64,000 nt of DNA from assembly GCA_964489065.1 (NCBI GenBank), contig CAZAXH010000006.1, positions 2,867 to 66,866 on the forward strand, read 5' to 3'. Each line of letters opens with the position of its first letter. Positions within the stretch are counted from its first letter, which is position 1. Origin of the DNA: an uncultured Planctomycetales bacterium. Its GTDB lineage: Bacteria > Omnitrophota > Gorgyraeia > Zapsychrales > JANLHA01. A program made the translations under genes and the position numbers. Shown piece after piece: positions 27,637 through 38,263 of the stretch. The notes under the pieces are model-generated. The model ran no database searches and was not told the origin of the DNA. It worked only from the letters and a program-made list of their open reading frames with translations.

Positions 27637-28845
27637 ATGAAAAAGATTGGGATTATCACCAGCGGTGGGGATTGCGGGGGCTTAAACGCGGTTGTCAAGG
27701 GGGTAGCGCAGATGGCGCACAAAAACGGGATGGAATGTTATGTGATCCCGAACGGTTACGCCGGGCTTTATAATTTGATGGATTTTGACAGTCTGGTCGA
27801 GTTGACTCCGGAGCGCGTGGACAATGTGGATTCCAATTTGGCCGGGTCCGAAGCCGGACATTCCCGCGTGAAGATCAAGAAGATCGATGACGATAAAAAA
27901 TACGATAAAATCAAGCAGGGCCTGAAAAAATTTAATATCGACGGCCTTGTGATCAGCGGTGGCGACGATTCCGGAAGCGTCATGGTGGATTTGAGCCAGC
28001 AGGGCATCCCCTGCGTGCACGCGCCCAAGACGATGGATCTGGATCTGCAGACCTATTCGGTCGGCGGGGATTCCACGATCAGCCGTATCGCGAATTTCGC
28101 CGAGGAGATTAAGACCACGGGCCGGACGCATAACAGGGTTATTGTCATGGAGGTTTTTGGGCGCTACGCCGGGCACACGGCTTTCCGCGGGGGGATCGCT
28201 TCGGAAGCGGACGCGGTTTTAATCCCGGAGGTCCCGGTTGATTTTGACGTCCTCTACCGGCATATGAAAAAACGGTTTATGGCCCGCGTTTCCCAAAGCG
28301 ATGTGAAAGCCGGAACCTATTTGATTATTGTGGCGGAGGGGTTGAAAAACGCCAATGGCGAAGAACTGGTGGATGAATCCGCCGGGGTCGACGCTTTTGG
28401 CCATAAAAAGCTGGCTGGAGCCGGGAAATACGTGTGCCAGGAGCTGATCAAAAGACTGAAGGCCGATCCGGAGATTGCAATATTCATGAAGCAGGAAAAA
28501 ATGTACGTCAAAGGCCTGTATGAGATTCCGGAAGTCCGTGCCGTCACTCCCGGGCATCTGGTCCGTTGCGGGCATTCTTCGGCTTATGACGTGAATTTCG
28601 GGAAAGAAGCCGGCGGGGCTGCGGTCCTCCTTTTGAAGAACAATATTACCGGGGTCACGGTCGCGGGCGTGTCCGGCAAAAAGATTCAGTACATGAAGAC
28701 GGCGGAGGCCATCAAGCAGCGTTATGTTGATCTGGATCTTGTTTCCTTCCACGAACGTATCGGGGTTTGTTTTGGCCGGGAAAAAGCAGCGGATTTAAAG
28801 CTAGAGTTTGAAGAGATCAAGGCGCCGGTGCAAAGACATTTATAA
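27637..28845 (+). CDS. pfk: 6-phosphofructokinase, PfkA family (ATP- or PPi-dependent; specificity not decided)
   Basis: 402 aa. It has GIITSGGDCGGLNA, ISGGDDSGS and MEVFGRYAGH (MGR motif). Confidence 0.85.
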   Translation: MKKIGIITSGGDCGGLNAVVKGVAQMAHKNGMECYVIPNGYAGLYNLMDFDSLVELTPERVDNVDSNLAGSEAGHSRVKIKKIDDDKKYDKIKQGLKKFNIDGLVISGGDDSGSVMVDLSQQGIPCVHAPKTMDLDLQTYSVGGDSTISRIANFAEEIKTTGRTHNRVIVMEVFGRYAGHTAFRGGIASEADAVLIPEVPVDFDVLYRHMKKRFMARVSQSDVKAGTYLIIVAEGLKNANGEELVDESAGVDAFGHKKLAGAGKYVCQELIKRLKADPEIAIFMKQEKMYVKGLYEIPEVRAVTPGHLVRCGHSSAYDVNFGKEAGGAAVLLLKNNITGVTVAGVSGKKIQYMKTAEAIKQRYVDLDLVSFHERIGVCFGREKAADLKLEFEEIKAPVQRHL

Positions 28846-28939
28846 TGGCGTGAAGCGGGCAGGCGGATTTTATCCGCTTGCCCGCTTCTTTCCCGTTAAG
28901 CGAAGTCCCTCCGGGGCTCCCTGTAAGGACATATTGATT

Positions 28940-30364
28940 ATGCCTGCCCGCGTAAATTTTTGGGTTATCTATGCTGTATTGCTTATCTTGGTGGTTTCAG
29001 GGTTTTTTATCCGCACAAACAATTATCGTAGAAGTACGACCCGGACGATTGATGAGCTGGTTTTTTACCATCTGGGAGCCCAGCTTAAAAACCATTTTCC
29101 TGCCTACCACACGCGGAACTTTGCGCGTCTGCTTTTGGAGATCCGCCCGCATTTTGCCCCTCTGCCGAAATACTTTACCCAGCCTCTTTTTAAGCACCCC
29201 CCTTTTTTCTCGGCCTGTATCAGCTTGAGTTTGAGGATTTTTGGAGAACATTATTCTTCCGCTGCTTTTGTATCGGCTTTCTTCGGGGTTCTGATGATTG
29301 TCCTGACATATTGGATCGGGACGCTTGTTTTTGACGAAACGGTTGGGCTGGCGGCGGCATTTCTTGTCTGGCTGGACCCGGTGAATATAATAACGTCGCA
29401 AAAAATATGGATGGACACGACAGCTAGTTTTCTTATGCTGTTGGCCGTTTTCTTTTTTCTGCGCGGGATTAAATATCAGGATACTCTTGATTATGTCGGT
29501 TTCGGTCTTGCCGCCGGATGCGCGCTTTTAACTAAATATACCGGTGTTTTAACACTTTTAAGTGCCGGATTGTATTGTGCACTGTTTCATAAGGAGTTGT
29601 TGCGGCGAAGGGCCGCGCTGTTTTGTTTCGGGGTCCCTCTAGGACTGCTTTTCCCCTGGTTGATCTGGAATTACGGTGTTTACGGCCACGTGTTTTTAAG
29701 TCAAATCCTGGATCTTCACAATTTATCCACGATCACAGTGAGATCTGTATCCGTCAGCGGTTTTCTCATCGGGACATTATTTTTAATGATCGCAGGCCTG
29801 ATTCTTAGAGGAAAAAATATCCAGGAGAAGTTCCGGAGGGGATCACAATGGCTACAAGGCCATAAGGAAATAAAATCTGTGGCGTTAGGGCTGGGTTTGA
29901 TAGTTTGGGGGGGAATTCTCTTCCCCATTTTCGCCTTGAATTACAGGCCGGCCACCTATTGGGATCCCGGGCATTTCTCCGGGGAATCCAGTTTTTTTTA
30001 CTTTAAAAGGTTGCCTGAATTTTCGTTATTTTACTGTGTGTCATTTTTAGCTTTCTTTTCCAGATTGCACACCGGGGACAGAAAGGGCCCGTTGATCCTT
30101 AAGCTTTTTTCCGGTGTTATCCTGGTCTTTTTTTCTTTGTGGAAAAATTATCAAACCCGTTATATCCTGGCCGCGACCCCGCTCTTGTTGATCCTGGGCG
30201 CTGCATTATGGTTGCAGGTCATTAAGGGGGTCGTGGCATCCCCTCATTTCAGATTGAAACAGATGGGTATGCTGGCCGCAGTCCTGCTGAGCGCGTATTG
30301 TCTGTTTAAAATATTTTATGTGAATATGACGGTCAGTTTTCCGAATGATATGTGCTATTTTTAG
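28940..30364 (+). CDS. GT-C membrane glycosyltransferase, ArnT/PMT (GT39/GT83)-like
   Basis: The start is set at ATG 28940 (MPARVNFW...). The ORF-track start at 28808 would overlap pfk. The first extracytoplasmic loop contains the DE motif (RTIDELVFYHLG), and the polytopic topology is typical of the PMT_2 family. Confidence 0.7.
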   Translation: MPARVNFWVIYAVLLILVVSGFFIRTNNYRRSTTRTIDELVFYHLGAQLKNHFPAYHTRNFARLLLEIRPHFAPLPKYFTQPLFKHPPFFSACISLSLRIFGEHYSSAAFVSAFFGVLMIVLTYWIGTLVFDETVGLAAAFLVWLDPVNIITSQKIWMDTTASFLMLLAVFFFLRGIKYQDTLDYVGFGLAAGCALLTKYTGVLTLLSAGLYCALFHKELLRRRAALFCFGVPLGLLFPWLIWNYGVYGHVFLSQILDLHNLSTITVRSVSVSGFLIGTLFLMIAGLILRGKNIQEKFRRGSQWLQGHKEIKSVALGLGLIVWGGILFPIFALNYRPATYWDPGHFSGESSFFYFKRLPEFSLFYCVSFLAFFSRLHTGDRKGPLILKLFSGVILVFFSLWKNYQTRYILAATPLLLILGAALWLQVIKGVVASPHFRLKQMGMLAAVLLSAYCLFKIFYVNMTVSFPNDMCYF

Positions 30365-30402
30365 GAAGATAGAAGCCCTCGGCGGGGAAGCCCGGCCTCT
30401 CT

Positions 30403-32277
30403 TTACCCCTGAATCAGTTGAAAAATCCTGACATCCTTCCCTTGGCTGTAAACGGACCGGAAACGGGAATCCCCCGTTAATTTCTTAAAGAATTCCTTCG
30501 TCTTCTCCTGCCCGTAGACCCTTCTCTCCCTGGGCCCGAGGAGGATATATTCGTATTCCAAACGGGTTAACTTTTGATAAAGATCGTCAACGGACAAGCT
30601 CTCCGCGTTAAGAAGATTCTCTTTGTATTCTTTTGTCCACGGCTCACATAACATGTCGTGTCCGAGCACGAACATGTTGTCAACGGGGGCGAAAACTTTT
30701 GTGTTCACTGGGAGATTTTTCCGCATCCACACATAGGCCCTCATTTCGTCATTGGACGTCCAGTACACGCCGTAAGACCACCAGGAGGTGTTGACCTTGT
30801 ATTTATAATATCCCGTTGTGTTTATAAATAAAAACGCGATGGCCAGAAACAGAATTTTCCTTTTCCCCGGGGTATTGAATATGTATGTCATCCATAATAA
30901 CGCGTCGGCGCACAGTGTGGCTAAAGGGATGGCAAAAAGCATCCAGAAACGAAACGCGAATAAGCCGACCGGCAGGTTAAAGGTTTCGCTGTTTGTGCCC
31001 AAAAAGGTAAATAGGAGCCAAAACAGGATGGTCAAGGAATAGAATTTAACGTCCGGCCCCCCTCCCTCGCCTGTTTTGCTGAACAAATGGAAAAGGTGGA
31101 GCGTCAGCCCGATCAGCCCTAGGAGAAAGAATGAAACCCCGATGCCGATGGGATTGTTGACATAGTTATATTCAGGGATATACAGGTAGTCTTGGAGGGA
31201 GTAGCTTCTTGTCCCCGTGCCGGCGGAGGCCCCGAAAAGCCTGGGGACCACGGCCTTGGTTTTAAACGTCTGGGTGGGGTCTTGGTCTGCGCGGGCCGCA
31301 AGCTGTGAGGTACCTTTGTACATTCCATGAAGCACGGGACCATACCATAGAAGGGCCAGTAAAGCCGCGAGCATAAGGGCCACGAGGGGGCGAAACGGAA
31401 TTTTCCGATATGCGATTATAAAAGCGAAAATAAGAAGCAGGGCCATAATCACAAACTTGATGCTCTGGGTCGGCTGGGTGAAAAATATTCCGGCCGCACA
31501 GACGGCCCCGGGGAAGACAAATTTTCGGTCGTCGATACTTTTTTTCAGGCAGATAAATGCCGGGAAGAATAAAGTCACGACCAGAGAATGCGCCCAGATA
31601 AAATGGCTTAGATAACTGGGGAGGCATGTAAGGAGAAACATCGCTGTTAAGGCGAGGGGTTTGCTTCTGGATAATTCCAGTGTCCATAAATAGAAAAACA
31701 AAAAACTGAGGGCCACGATAAACGCGTTAAAGAATTTGATGGTCCAATACAGAGACGGGACTATTTGATGACACAAAGCGAGCGTCAGGTCGTACCCCGG
31801 TGGATAAGGGTTGATGTAGTGAAATTCCCCCGGAGGAACGTTGACATTTTTTTCAAGAGCGATGTATTTGATTCCTGCCGCGTGGGTCCAGGAATCATCG
31901 TCTTCCAGCCAGGGGTAGGTAAAAGCCCCGTGGCAATAGATCCACACGTTCACCAAAAACAGCGCGATCACGCCGATCTCAAAGAGATGCGCTTCCCAAT
32001 TCCAACTCAGGGACTTGAGCTCCCTCCGGCCTCCTCCTCTCCTTCTGTCCCGTATCAGGTCAAGGAGAGGAACGATTAAGGCCAGAGATAAGATTGTTTT
32101 CCAGTCTATGGGGATGTGAAGGCGGTTTAAGAAGATCCCTAGGCCAGGGATGACTGATAAGCCCAGGCCGATTCTCAAAATGATGGTCTCGAACGAAATT
32201 TTTTTCAGGTGCCGGGTTAAGGTGTACCCGAACCCGTATTGGCAGACAAGAAAGAATAGGATGGATAAGATTCTCAT
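30403..32277 (-). CDS. GT-C fold membrane glycosyltransferase candidate with a C-terminal soluble domain
   Basis: 624 aa. The N-terminal ~480 aa are polytopic, with a YPWLEDDDSWTH acidic motif in the first large loop. The C-terminal ~140 aa are soluble. It is the terminal gene of the glycan locus and convergent with the ArnT-like gene. Confidence 0.5.
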   Translation of the reverse strand: MRILSILFFLVCQYGFGYTLTRHLKKISFETIILRIGLGLSVIPGLGIFLNRLHIPIDWKTILSLALIVPLLDLIRDRRRGGGRRELKSLSWNWEAHLFEIGVIALFLVNVWIYCHGAFTYPWLEDDDSWTHAAGIKYIALEKNVNVPPGEFHYINPYPPGYDLTLALCHQIVPSLYWTIKFFNAFIVALSFLFFYLWTLELSRSKPLALTAMFLLTCLPSYLSHFIWAHSLVVTLFFPAFICLKKSIDDRKFVFPGAVCAAGIFFTQPTQSIKFVIMALLLIFAFIIAYRKIPFRPLVALMLAALLALLWYGPVLHGMYKGTSQLAARADQDPTQTFKTKAVVPRLFGASAGTGTRSYSLQDYLYIPEYNYVNNPIGIGVSFFLLGLIGLTLHLFHLFSKTGEGGGPDVKFYSLTILFWLLFTFLGTNSETFNLPVGLFAFRFWMLFAIPLATLCADALLWMTYIFNTPGKRKILFLAIAFLFINTTGYYKYKVNTSWWSYGVYWTSNDEMRAYVWMRKNLPVNTKVFAPVDNMFVLGHDMLCEPWTKEYKENLLNAESLSVDDLYQKLTRLEYEYILLGPRERRVYGQEKTKEFFKKLTGDSRFRSVYSQGKDVRIFQLIQG

Positions 32278-32301
32278 ATTTGGGAATTCCGGTGTATGTG
32301 G

Positions 32302-33234
32302 TTATTTTTTAAAAAATCCATACAGATTTTCCCCCAGGTTAAAAAGCTTTAGAGGGACGTTGGTGATATGTCTTAATGTTAACAGGGTTTTCATCGTGAA
32401 GCTGGATTTTTGTTTGGCTAGCTTCGCCACCGCGTTACTGATTTGCCCTTCCTTCGGATGCCGTTTGAATTTACTTAAATATTTATTCAAAGTGTGCGGT
32501 TGTATCTCCAGAGTCTCAAGTTTGCTGCAGGAAAACCCGCATTCTTCCGTAAGCCGGCGGAGAGACTTTGGATTAAACAAATTGGGATGAGAAATGGGCG
32601 TGAGGCACGGCCAGTCTTCCTTGAGTAAAAACCATCCGATGCTGTGGATGTTCGGTGTGCTTAAGGCCAGGATGCCCGCCGGCTTCAGGATGCGATATAT
32701 TTCCTGCAGGATTAACCGTGGGTTATCAAGATGCTCCAGCACTTCCCACATGGTCACGGCATCAAAATGATTGTCGGGGAAGGCCTGCTCCTGTAGGGTC
32801 GTTTGATATACTGTCAAGTCATGCGCCCGGGCGACTTCCACCGAAGCCGTTTCCAGCTCGAGCCCGAGGACCTCCCAGCCGGCGATGCGGGCTGCGTTCA
32901 GAAAAGCCCCTGACGCGCAGCCGATATCCAGCAACCTCCCCTTGCGGGGGGCCTGCCGGCCGATCGCCCGGAGGAGCGGATTGTAATAATACTTACGTTT
33001 GAGTTCGGAGAAATCCCACTCCTGTTTTATCAGGGAATTATGGTGACTTTTTCTGTTGGTGTAAATATCGATTAACTGATCGGGGGTCACGCGGTTTTTC
33101 ACATACACGTGTCCGCAGGATGAGCAGGACACATACTGGAAGCCGTCTATGCAGCAGAAATTTTTGAAGTCAGAGCTTAAGCAAATGGCGCAATCAGCCG
33201 ACTCTGTTTTGTATTTGGGGTGAGGTGTAACCAT
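32302..33234 (-). CDS. Class I SAM-dependent methyltransferase with an N-terminal Cys4 zinc-ribbon
   Basis: 310 aa. It has CAIC...CSSCGH zinc-ribbon cysteines followed by LLDIGCASGAFL (motif I) and acidic motif II. Confidence 0.75.
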   Translation of the reverse strand: MVTPHPKYKTESADCAICLSSDFKNFCCIDGFQYVSCSSCGHVYVKNRVTPDQLIDIYTNRKSHHNSLIKQEWDFSELKRKYYYNPLLRAIGRQAPRKGRLLDIGCASGAFLNAARIAGWEVLGLELETASVEVARAHDLTVYQTTLQEQAFPDNHFDAVTMWEVLEHLDNPRLILQEIYRILKPAGILALSTPNIHSIGWFLLKEDWPCLTPISHPNLFNPKSLRRLTEECGFSCSKLETLEIQPHTLNKYLSKFKRHPKEGQISNAVAKLAKQKSSFTMKTLLTLRHITNVPLKLFNLGENLYGFFKK

Positions 33235-33244
33235 GGGTCGTTAT

Positions 33245-35008
33245 TTAGCTGCAATAAAAATTCTTCGAATCAATATCAATGTTAAAAATAGTTTTTAAAA
33301 TCCGTTCATGCGGTGTTTTATAATGAACGCCCATATAATTCAGGGGGATGCCAAAACCTTTTTTGGGACGATTGAGAATGTCCTTAGGGAGGATATCTGA
33401 ATAAGCAATCCTTAATAGCCCTTTTAATGAATTGTTATAATAGCGCGTCTTTTCGGGTAAAGAAAAGACGAATTCTATAATACTTTTACTTAGTAAAGGA
33501 ACACGGGCTTCGAGCGAAACAGCCATGGAAACACGATCTGTTTTTGTGAGGACATCACAGGGAAGATACGTGTGAAAATCTATAACTTGCAGACGGGTTA
33601 GGGGTGGCAAGGAAGGGTTGTCGTACTGGCGAAGAAACCAAAAATCATCGTAGTCTTTTGGAATTGATAATCTCTCTGCGTAGCTCTTTTTTTCGCAGGG
33701 GTCCAGCATGCCTAGAACTTTTGAGTAACGCAGCAGGTCATCTGGGCATAAATGGGAAAGGAAGTTGAAAAATTTGTAGGGAAAAGATTTCACTGCGAAA
33801 AATTTTTTAAGATTAGCAAAGTCCTTCATAAACGTAGAACGGTTTAATAAAGCGAATTTGACCAACCGCGTAATAGCCCGATATCTAAAATAACTATTAT
33901 AGCCGCCCAGCACCTCGTCCCCCCCATCTCCTGTTAAAACAACGGTAACTTTCTCTTTCGCAAAAGCCGACACGAGGTATGTCGGCATCGCAGATGTGTC
34001 AGCAAAGGGTTCATCATACCATTCCGGTAATTTATTTAACAATGCGCGGTTATCAGAACAGGTCAAGATTTTTGAGAAATGGTTAGTCCGAAAACGGTCA
34101 GCGATTATTTTGGCATAAGTTGTTTCCGTATAACGGGGGTCATCAAACCCGATGGAGAAGGTGTTGAGATGGCTGGACACAAAAGAGGATTCCGCCACAA
34201 CGACGCTGGAATCCATCCCTCCACTTAAAAAGAATCCTACAGGAACATCTGCGACCATTTGATCAGTGACAGATTCTTTTATGAGTTCCCGGAGCCGGGC
34301 CGTTGCTGACGGTAAGGTCATTGGCTCAGGGCCCCTGGGGACATTGAGGCGCCAAAATGGTTTGTTTTCGATAATGGAACGGGTTGAAATGTCATAAGTT
34401 AATTGATGTGCAGGTGACAATTTGCAGACATTTTTATATAAGGATTTTGGGTCAGGGATATATTTGTAAGTTAAATAATCATAAATGGCCGTATTATCAT
34501 ATTTAAAATCCTGATCCCGGCAAAGCGCCGTGATCCCTTTAAGCTCAGAAGCAAAAGCAAAATCAACGCCGTTGAATAGATAATAAAGCGGTTTTATCCC
34601 AGGACGGTCTCGGAAAAGTTTGATTTTTTGCGAACGTTGATCCAATATCGCGATGGCGAACATGCCATCAACATGCTCAACAAAGTTATCACCCCAGCAT
34701 AAATAAGCTTTGAGCAGGACTTCCGTGTCTGATTGAGTCAGGAAATGATAGCTTTTAGATATTAATTCTTCACGGAGTCTTTTAAAACCGTAAATTTCTC
34801 CATTAAATACAATGTGAACTTGAGCATCTTCTGATGACATGGGTTGATCCGCCATAGGGCTCAGGTCAATAATGGCGAGCCTTACAAAGGCCAATGTAAA
34901 GTTTTTAAATTTTTTAATTTTTTGTGAGTCTGGCCCCCTATGCCGGAGGACCTTAAGGGCTCCCGCGTAATCCCACGTGTTTTTTGTCCCGCCGAGTATC
35001 CCACACAT
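33245..35008 (-). CDS. asnB: Asparagine synthetase B-like glutamine amidotransferase (WbpS-type, found in glycan loci)
   Basis: 587 aa. The N-terminal MCGI class-II GATase nucleophile is present, along with the SGGMDSS PP-loop ATP pyrophosphatase motif. Confidence 0.85.
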   Translation of the reverse strand: MCGILGGTKNTWDYAGALKVLRHRGPDSQKIKKFKNFTLAFVRLAIIDLSPMADQPMSSEDAQVHIVFNGEIYGFKRLREELISKSYHFLTQSDTEVLLKAYLCWGDNFVEHVDGMFAIAILDQRSQKIKLFRDRPGIKPLYYLFNGVDFAFASELKGITALCRDQDFKYDNTAIYDYLTYKYIPDPKSLYKNVCKLSPAHQLTYDISTRSIIENKPFWRLNVPRGPEPMTLPSATARLRELIKESVTDQMVADVPVGFFLSGGMDSSVVVAESSFVSSHLNTFSIGFDDPRYTETTYAKIIADRFRTNHFSKILTCSDNRALLNKLPEWYDEPFADTSAMPTYLVSAFAKEKVTVVLTGDGGDEVLGGYNSYFRYRAITRLVKFALLNRSTFMKDFANLKKFFAVKSFPYKFFNFLSHLCPDDLLRYSKVLGMLDPCEKKSYAERLSIPKDYDDFWFLRQYDNPSLPPLTRLQVIDFHTYLPCDVLTKTDRVSMAVSLEARVPLLSKSIIEFVFSLPEKTRYYNNSLKGLLRIAYSDILPKDILNRPKKGFGIPLNYMGVHYKTPHERILKTIFNIDIDSKNFYCS

Positions 35009-35147
35009 ATTTGAAGTTAAATATTAATTGAGGTGGTTGAAACTTTTAGAATATTTTAGAAATAGATATTAACTTTTTATATTTCAATAATTATTGCGTA
35101 GGAGATTGTGTTGTTTTCTTTCCAATATATAATAATCCCTTGGGTTC

Positions 35148-35822
35148 TTAATAAAATAATATTTTCCTCAATAATGGCCACTTCCAGGAAATCGGTTCGG
35201 ATGTCATAGTTTCAAAGCCAAATTTTGTTACCGCCTGATCCAGTTGGAACCGATCCCAAGCCCGTAAATGTTGCCAGCGATGAAACAGGCAGCCGCAATC
35301 AGGACACAATATCTCATTGGCCTCGAGATTTTCTTTATTGCGGGTCGTCAGCACTAAATATCCCCCTCTCTTCAGGAGTCTTTGCGCTTCGGTTAACATT
35401 TGATTGAATTCCGACTCGGATAAATGTTCAATAACTTCCGTAGATATGATTAGATCAAAGAACTCATTTGGGAATACTGTGGGGAATGATTTTAAGCACA
35501 TAGCACCTTTAAATGCCAGCCTATTTTTACATCGGATTTGTGTCGCCTTCACACTATCTTCGGAAAAGTCGACGCCATAGATGTTTTGCCCGGATTTTAA
35601 ATAAGACGAGCAGGCATAAATAAGGTCGCCCAATCCACAGCTAAAATCTAAGATGTTGCATGATTTGCTAAAATGAATACGCTGTTGAATTTCTTTCGCA
35701 ACAGCTTTGCTTGCTTGGAATCCAAAATAATAGCTTCTATAAGAACGATTTGTTGAATAGTAATTCCATAACCTTGAAACTTTTTCTGGCGTCCAGCTTA
35801 TTTTGTGTTTTTGAAAGATCAT
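35148..35822 (-). CDS. Class I SAM-dependent methyltransferase
   Basis: 224 aa. It has ILDFSCGLGDL (motif I) and LVLTTRN (post-II). The gene is AT-rich. Confidence 0.7.
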   Translation of the reverse strand: MIFQKHKISWTPEKVSRLWNYYSTNRSYRSYYFGFQASKAVAKEIQQRIHFSKSCNILDFSCGLGDLIYACSSYLKSGQNIYGVDFSEDSVKATQIRCKNRLAFKGAMCLKSFPTVFPNEFFDLIISTEVIEHLSESEFNQMLTEAQRLLKRGGYLVLTTRNKENLEANEILCPDCGCLFHRWQHLRAWDRFQLDQAVTKFGFETMTSEPISWKWPLLRKILFY

Positions 35823-35877
35823 CGCGGCCCTTTTTAATTTAAATAATTAGATAATAAGATATATGTAATCCGTTTTG

Positions 35878-37425
35878 TCAAGTTGATGCTTTCTGAATAA
35901 TTGTACTTTTATGAAGGACAACTAGCAGGCTTGAGTAAATAATGATAAACAGAAGTGCTCCATATAATAAAGAATAAAAATAATTTAAGGATAAAGAGTC
36001 AATAAAAATATACGCCTTATGCAAGATAACAAATAAAATAAAAAGGTGCAAAATATTTTTTATAAGGGCGAATGAATATTGTGTATTAAAAATCCGAATT
36101 TTTTGATGGTGCAAATACCAATAAATCCATACAAAGTAAGTAATATATATTAATAGAGTTGACAAGGGCAGCCCTAAAATATCAAAATATTGGACCAAAA
36201 TGGTGGTAGATAACAATTTAATAACGAAAATTGAAGGGTAAAGAATAACAAAAAATTTGTTTTTATGAATTGCTGAGATAACACGAGTTGCAATTATGAC
36301 AGCGGCTTGGAAGAATATTAAAAAAATATAATATTGCAAAATTGGGCTAACCAGGGACGTTTCTCCTGTTGTAAATTTTCCTCTTTCAAAAAGAAAACCG
36401 ATAATGTCTTTGGAAGAAAGAAAAACATAGTAGCAGAAAGGAATGATAAGCATAACTAAAAAGTTAATAGCTCTGCGAACTGCATCAATGAGCTTATTTA
36501 TCTGTCGTTTTACTACCCATTCGGAAAAATATGAAAAGACAGCAATACCTAAGCTATATGTCAGCATCGAGGCGAGGGCATTGGGAATGCCTTGCCCGTA
36601 AGATAAAGCAGCTAGTTTTCCTGCTCCCAGGTAAGTGGCGACTTGTTTGTCGACAAATGATACAAAGTTAGGGAAAACTAGCGCGGAAAACAAATAAAGA
36701 AATTGGTGAAAGTCTGTGCCGGTTTTCAATATCTGGAAATTGAACTTTTTGTGTTTTAAAGAGAAAAAGTTTTTTTGGCATGTTTTGAAAGAGATCAGAA
36801 AGAAGCTGATGACGGCTCCCCAGATAAACCCATAGATAATTGAAATGAGTCCCCAATGTCTGTGGAATATGACTAGGAAGATTACGCCTATAAGGGGAAT
36901 CAGTACCTGAGGATACAATGATGTATTATATTCATGTTCGGCCTGAAGGATTGAAATGAAGAAACTGCTGATCGTGAAGAAGAAGAAATAGACCCCAATC
37001 CATTGGGAAAAGTGTAAATACGTTTGTGTTAAAATATTTGAGTTGAATAATGTTGGATTGGTTCGGACTAATAGGTGGGGTAAAATCCCACAGGAAAATA
37101 GGGAAACAAGGAATACCAGCACAGTGTAACAAACAAATACAACCAGCAGATAGTCTTGTCTATATTCAAGGTTCTTTTGTTCTTTGATTTTAAGATAGTT
37201 CGGAATAAAATACTGGTTAAAACTACTCGCCAAGACTGCATTGGTAAGAATCGGGACCATTAACGCGTAGAGGTAGATATCAACATATTCGTTGATGCCA
37301 AAATATTGGGCGACTAATAAATCAATAAAGAAATTAATTGTCTTTGTTATTAATAATATAAAAAAGATAGTACACGTTGTCTTTTTGAGCGGAGTGATTT
37401 TGAAACTTTTGAGGAAAAATGCCAT
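35878..37425 (-). CDS. MOP-superfamily oligosaccharide flippase (Wzx/MurJ-like)
   Basis: 515 aa with about 12-14 TM helices and no soluble domains. Its position and composition are typical of O-unit flippases. It is very AT-rich. Confidence 0.65.
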   Translation of the reverse strand: MAFFLKSFKITPLKKTTCTIFFILLITKTINFFIDLLVAQYFGINEYVDIYLYALMVPILTNAVLASSFNQYFIPNYLKIKEQKNLEYRQDYLLVVFVCYTVLVFLVSLFSCGILPHLLVRTNPTLFNSNILTQTYLHFSQWIGVYFFFFTISSFFISILQAEHEYNTSLYPQVLIPLIGVIFLVIFHRHWGLISIIYGFIWGAVISFFLISFKTCQKNFFSLKHKKFNFQILKTGTDFHQFLYLFSALVFPNFVSFVDKQVATYLGAGKLAALSYGQGIPNALASMLTYSLGIAVFSYFSEWVVKRQINKLIDAVRRAINFLVMLIIPFCYYVFLSSKDIIGFLFERGKFTTGETSLVSPILQYYIFLIFFQAAVIIATRVISAIHKNKFFVILYPSIFVIKLLSTTILVQYFDILGLPLSTLLIYITYFVWIYWYLHHQKIRIFNTQYSFALIKNILHLFILFVILHKAYIFIDSLSLNYFYSLLYGALLFIIIYSSLLVVLHKSTIIQKAST

Positions 37426-37435
37426 TTTAGGGGTG

Positions 37436-38251
37436 TTACCCTTTCTTCAGGAATACAAACTGATTGTTCCCTGTCCCTAAACAAGTTTTAATATTGGTTA
37501 GCACGAACCCCCTATCTATATAAAATTTAAAAATATCTTCGACTTTGGCGAACTCGTACGGGTATCCTCCCAACCAGTCAAACCAGTTATGGACGATAGA
37601 CATCCCTCGTCTCTTTTTGTAATTAGAAAATAAATTTTCCCTTTTTACAATGCTTGCGGTTAAGGATTTTATGAAAAAATATGGGATGAAGATTGCAGTT
37701 GCCAGTATTCGATTCATAGAATTGGAACAGTAAAACTTTTTAACGATTTTCCAGAATTTTGATGCTAGCCCGGCATCGTTATAAATTGCCAGGACTAAAA
37801 GGCCTTCGGGCCGGACTAATTTGGAGGCGTTCTCCAGAGCTTCCCAGATTTTCCCGGTGTGATGCAGAACGCCCCAGGAGTAAACAATATCGTATTGTCC
37901 CAATGTTTTTATGTAGTTTTGGTCAAGGATGGAACCATTTTCTATCGTCCACTGGGTATCATTATCAAAAAATTTATTTCTAAGTATTTTTGTGCATTCC
38001 ACTGAATCCGGGTCATAATCAAAAGAACGGACTATGGCTCCTAATCGTCTGGCCGACAGGGAAAATAACCCACTCCCGGATCCGATATCCAAGACAGTCT
38101 TCCCTTCTAGATTGTTTCTTTGAAGAAGGTCCTGCAGGGATTTCTCGGCTTCCCGAATCCTTTCTTCTGATAAAGTTGATAAAAAGGATTTCCAGTTTTT
38201 GCCGAATTCATATCTTTGGCCGCTTTTTATTTCTTCAGCGAATGAACCCAT
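37436..38251 (-). CDS. Class I SAM-dependent methyltransferase
   Basis: 271 aa. It has VLDIGSGSGLFS (motif I). Confidence 0.75.
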   Translation of the reverse strand: MGSFAEEIKSGQRYEFGKNWKSFLSTLSEERIREAEKSLQDLLQRNNLEGKTVLDIGSGSGLFSLSARRLGAIVRSFDYDPDSVECTKILRNKFFDNDTQWTIENGSILDQNYIKTLGQYDIVYSWGVLHHTGKIWEALENASKLVRPEGLLVLAIYNDAGLASKFWKIVKKFYCSNSMNRILATAIFIPYFFIKSLTASIVKRENLFSNYKKRRGMSIVHNWFDWLGGYPYEFAKVEDIFKFYIDRGFVLTNIKTCLGTGNNQFVFLKKG

Positions 38252-38263
38252 TTTTGAATCTCC

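Noticed and set aside
28808-28939. Upstream start for the ArnT-like GT-C gene
   Set aside because: It would overlap the 3' end of pfk by 38 nt in a different frame, and the extension is Arg-rich. The ATG at 28940 precedes the first TM helix.
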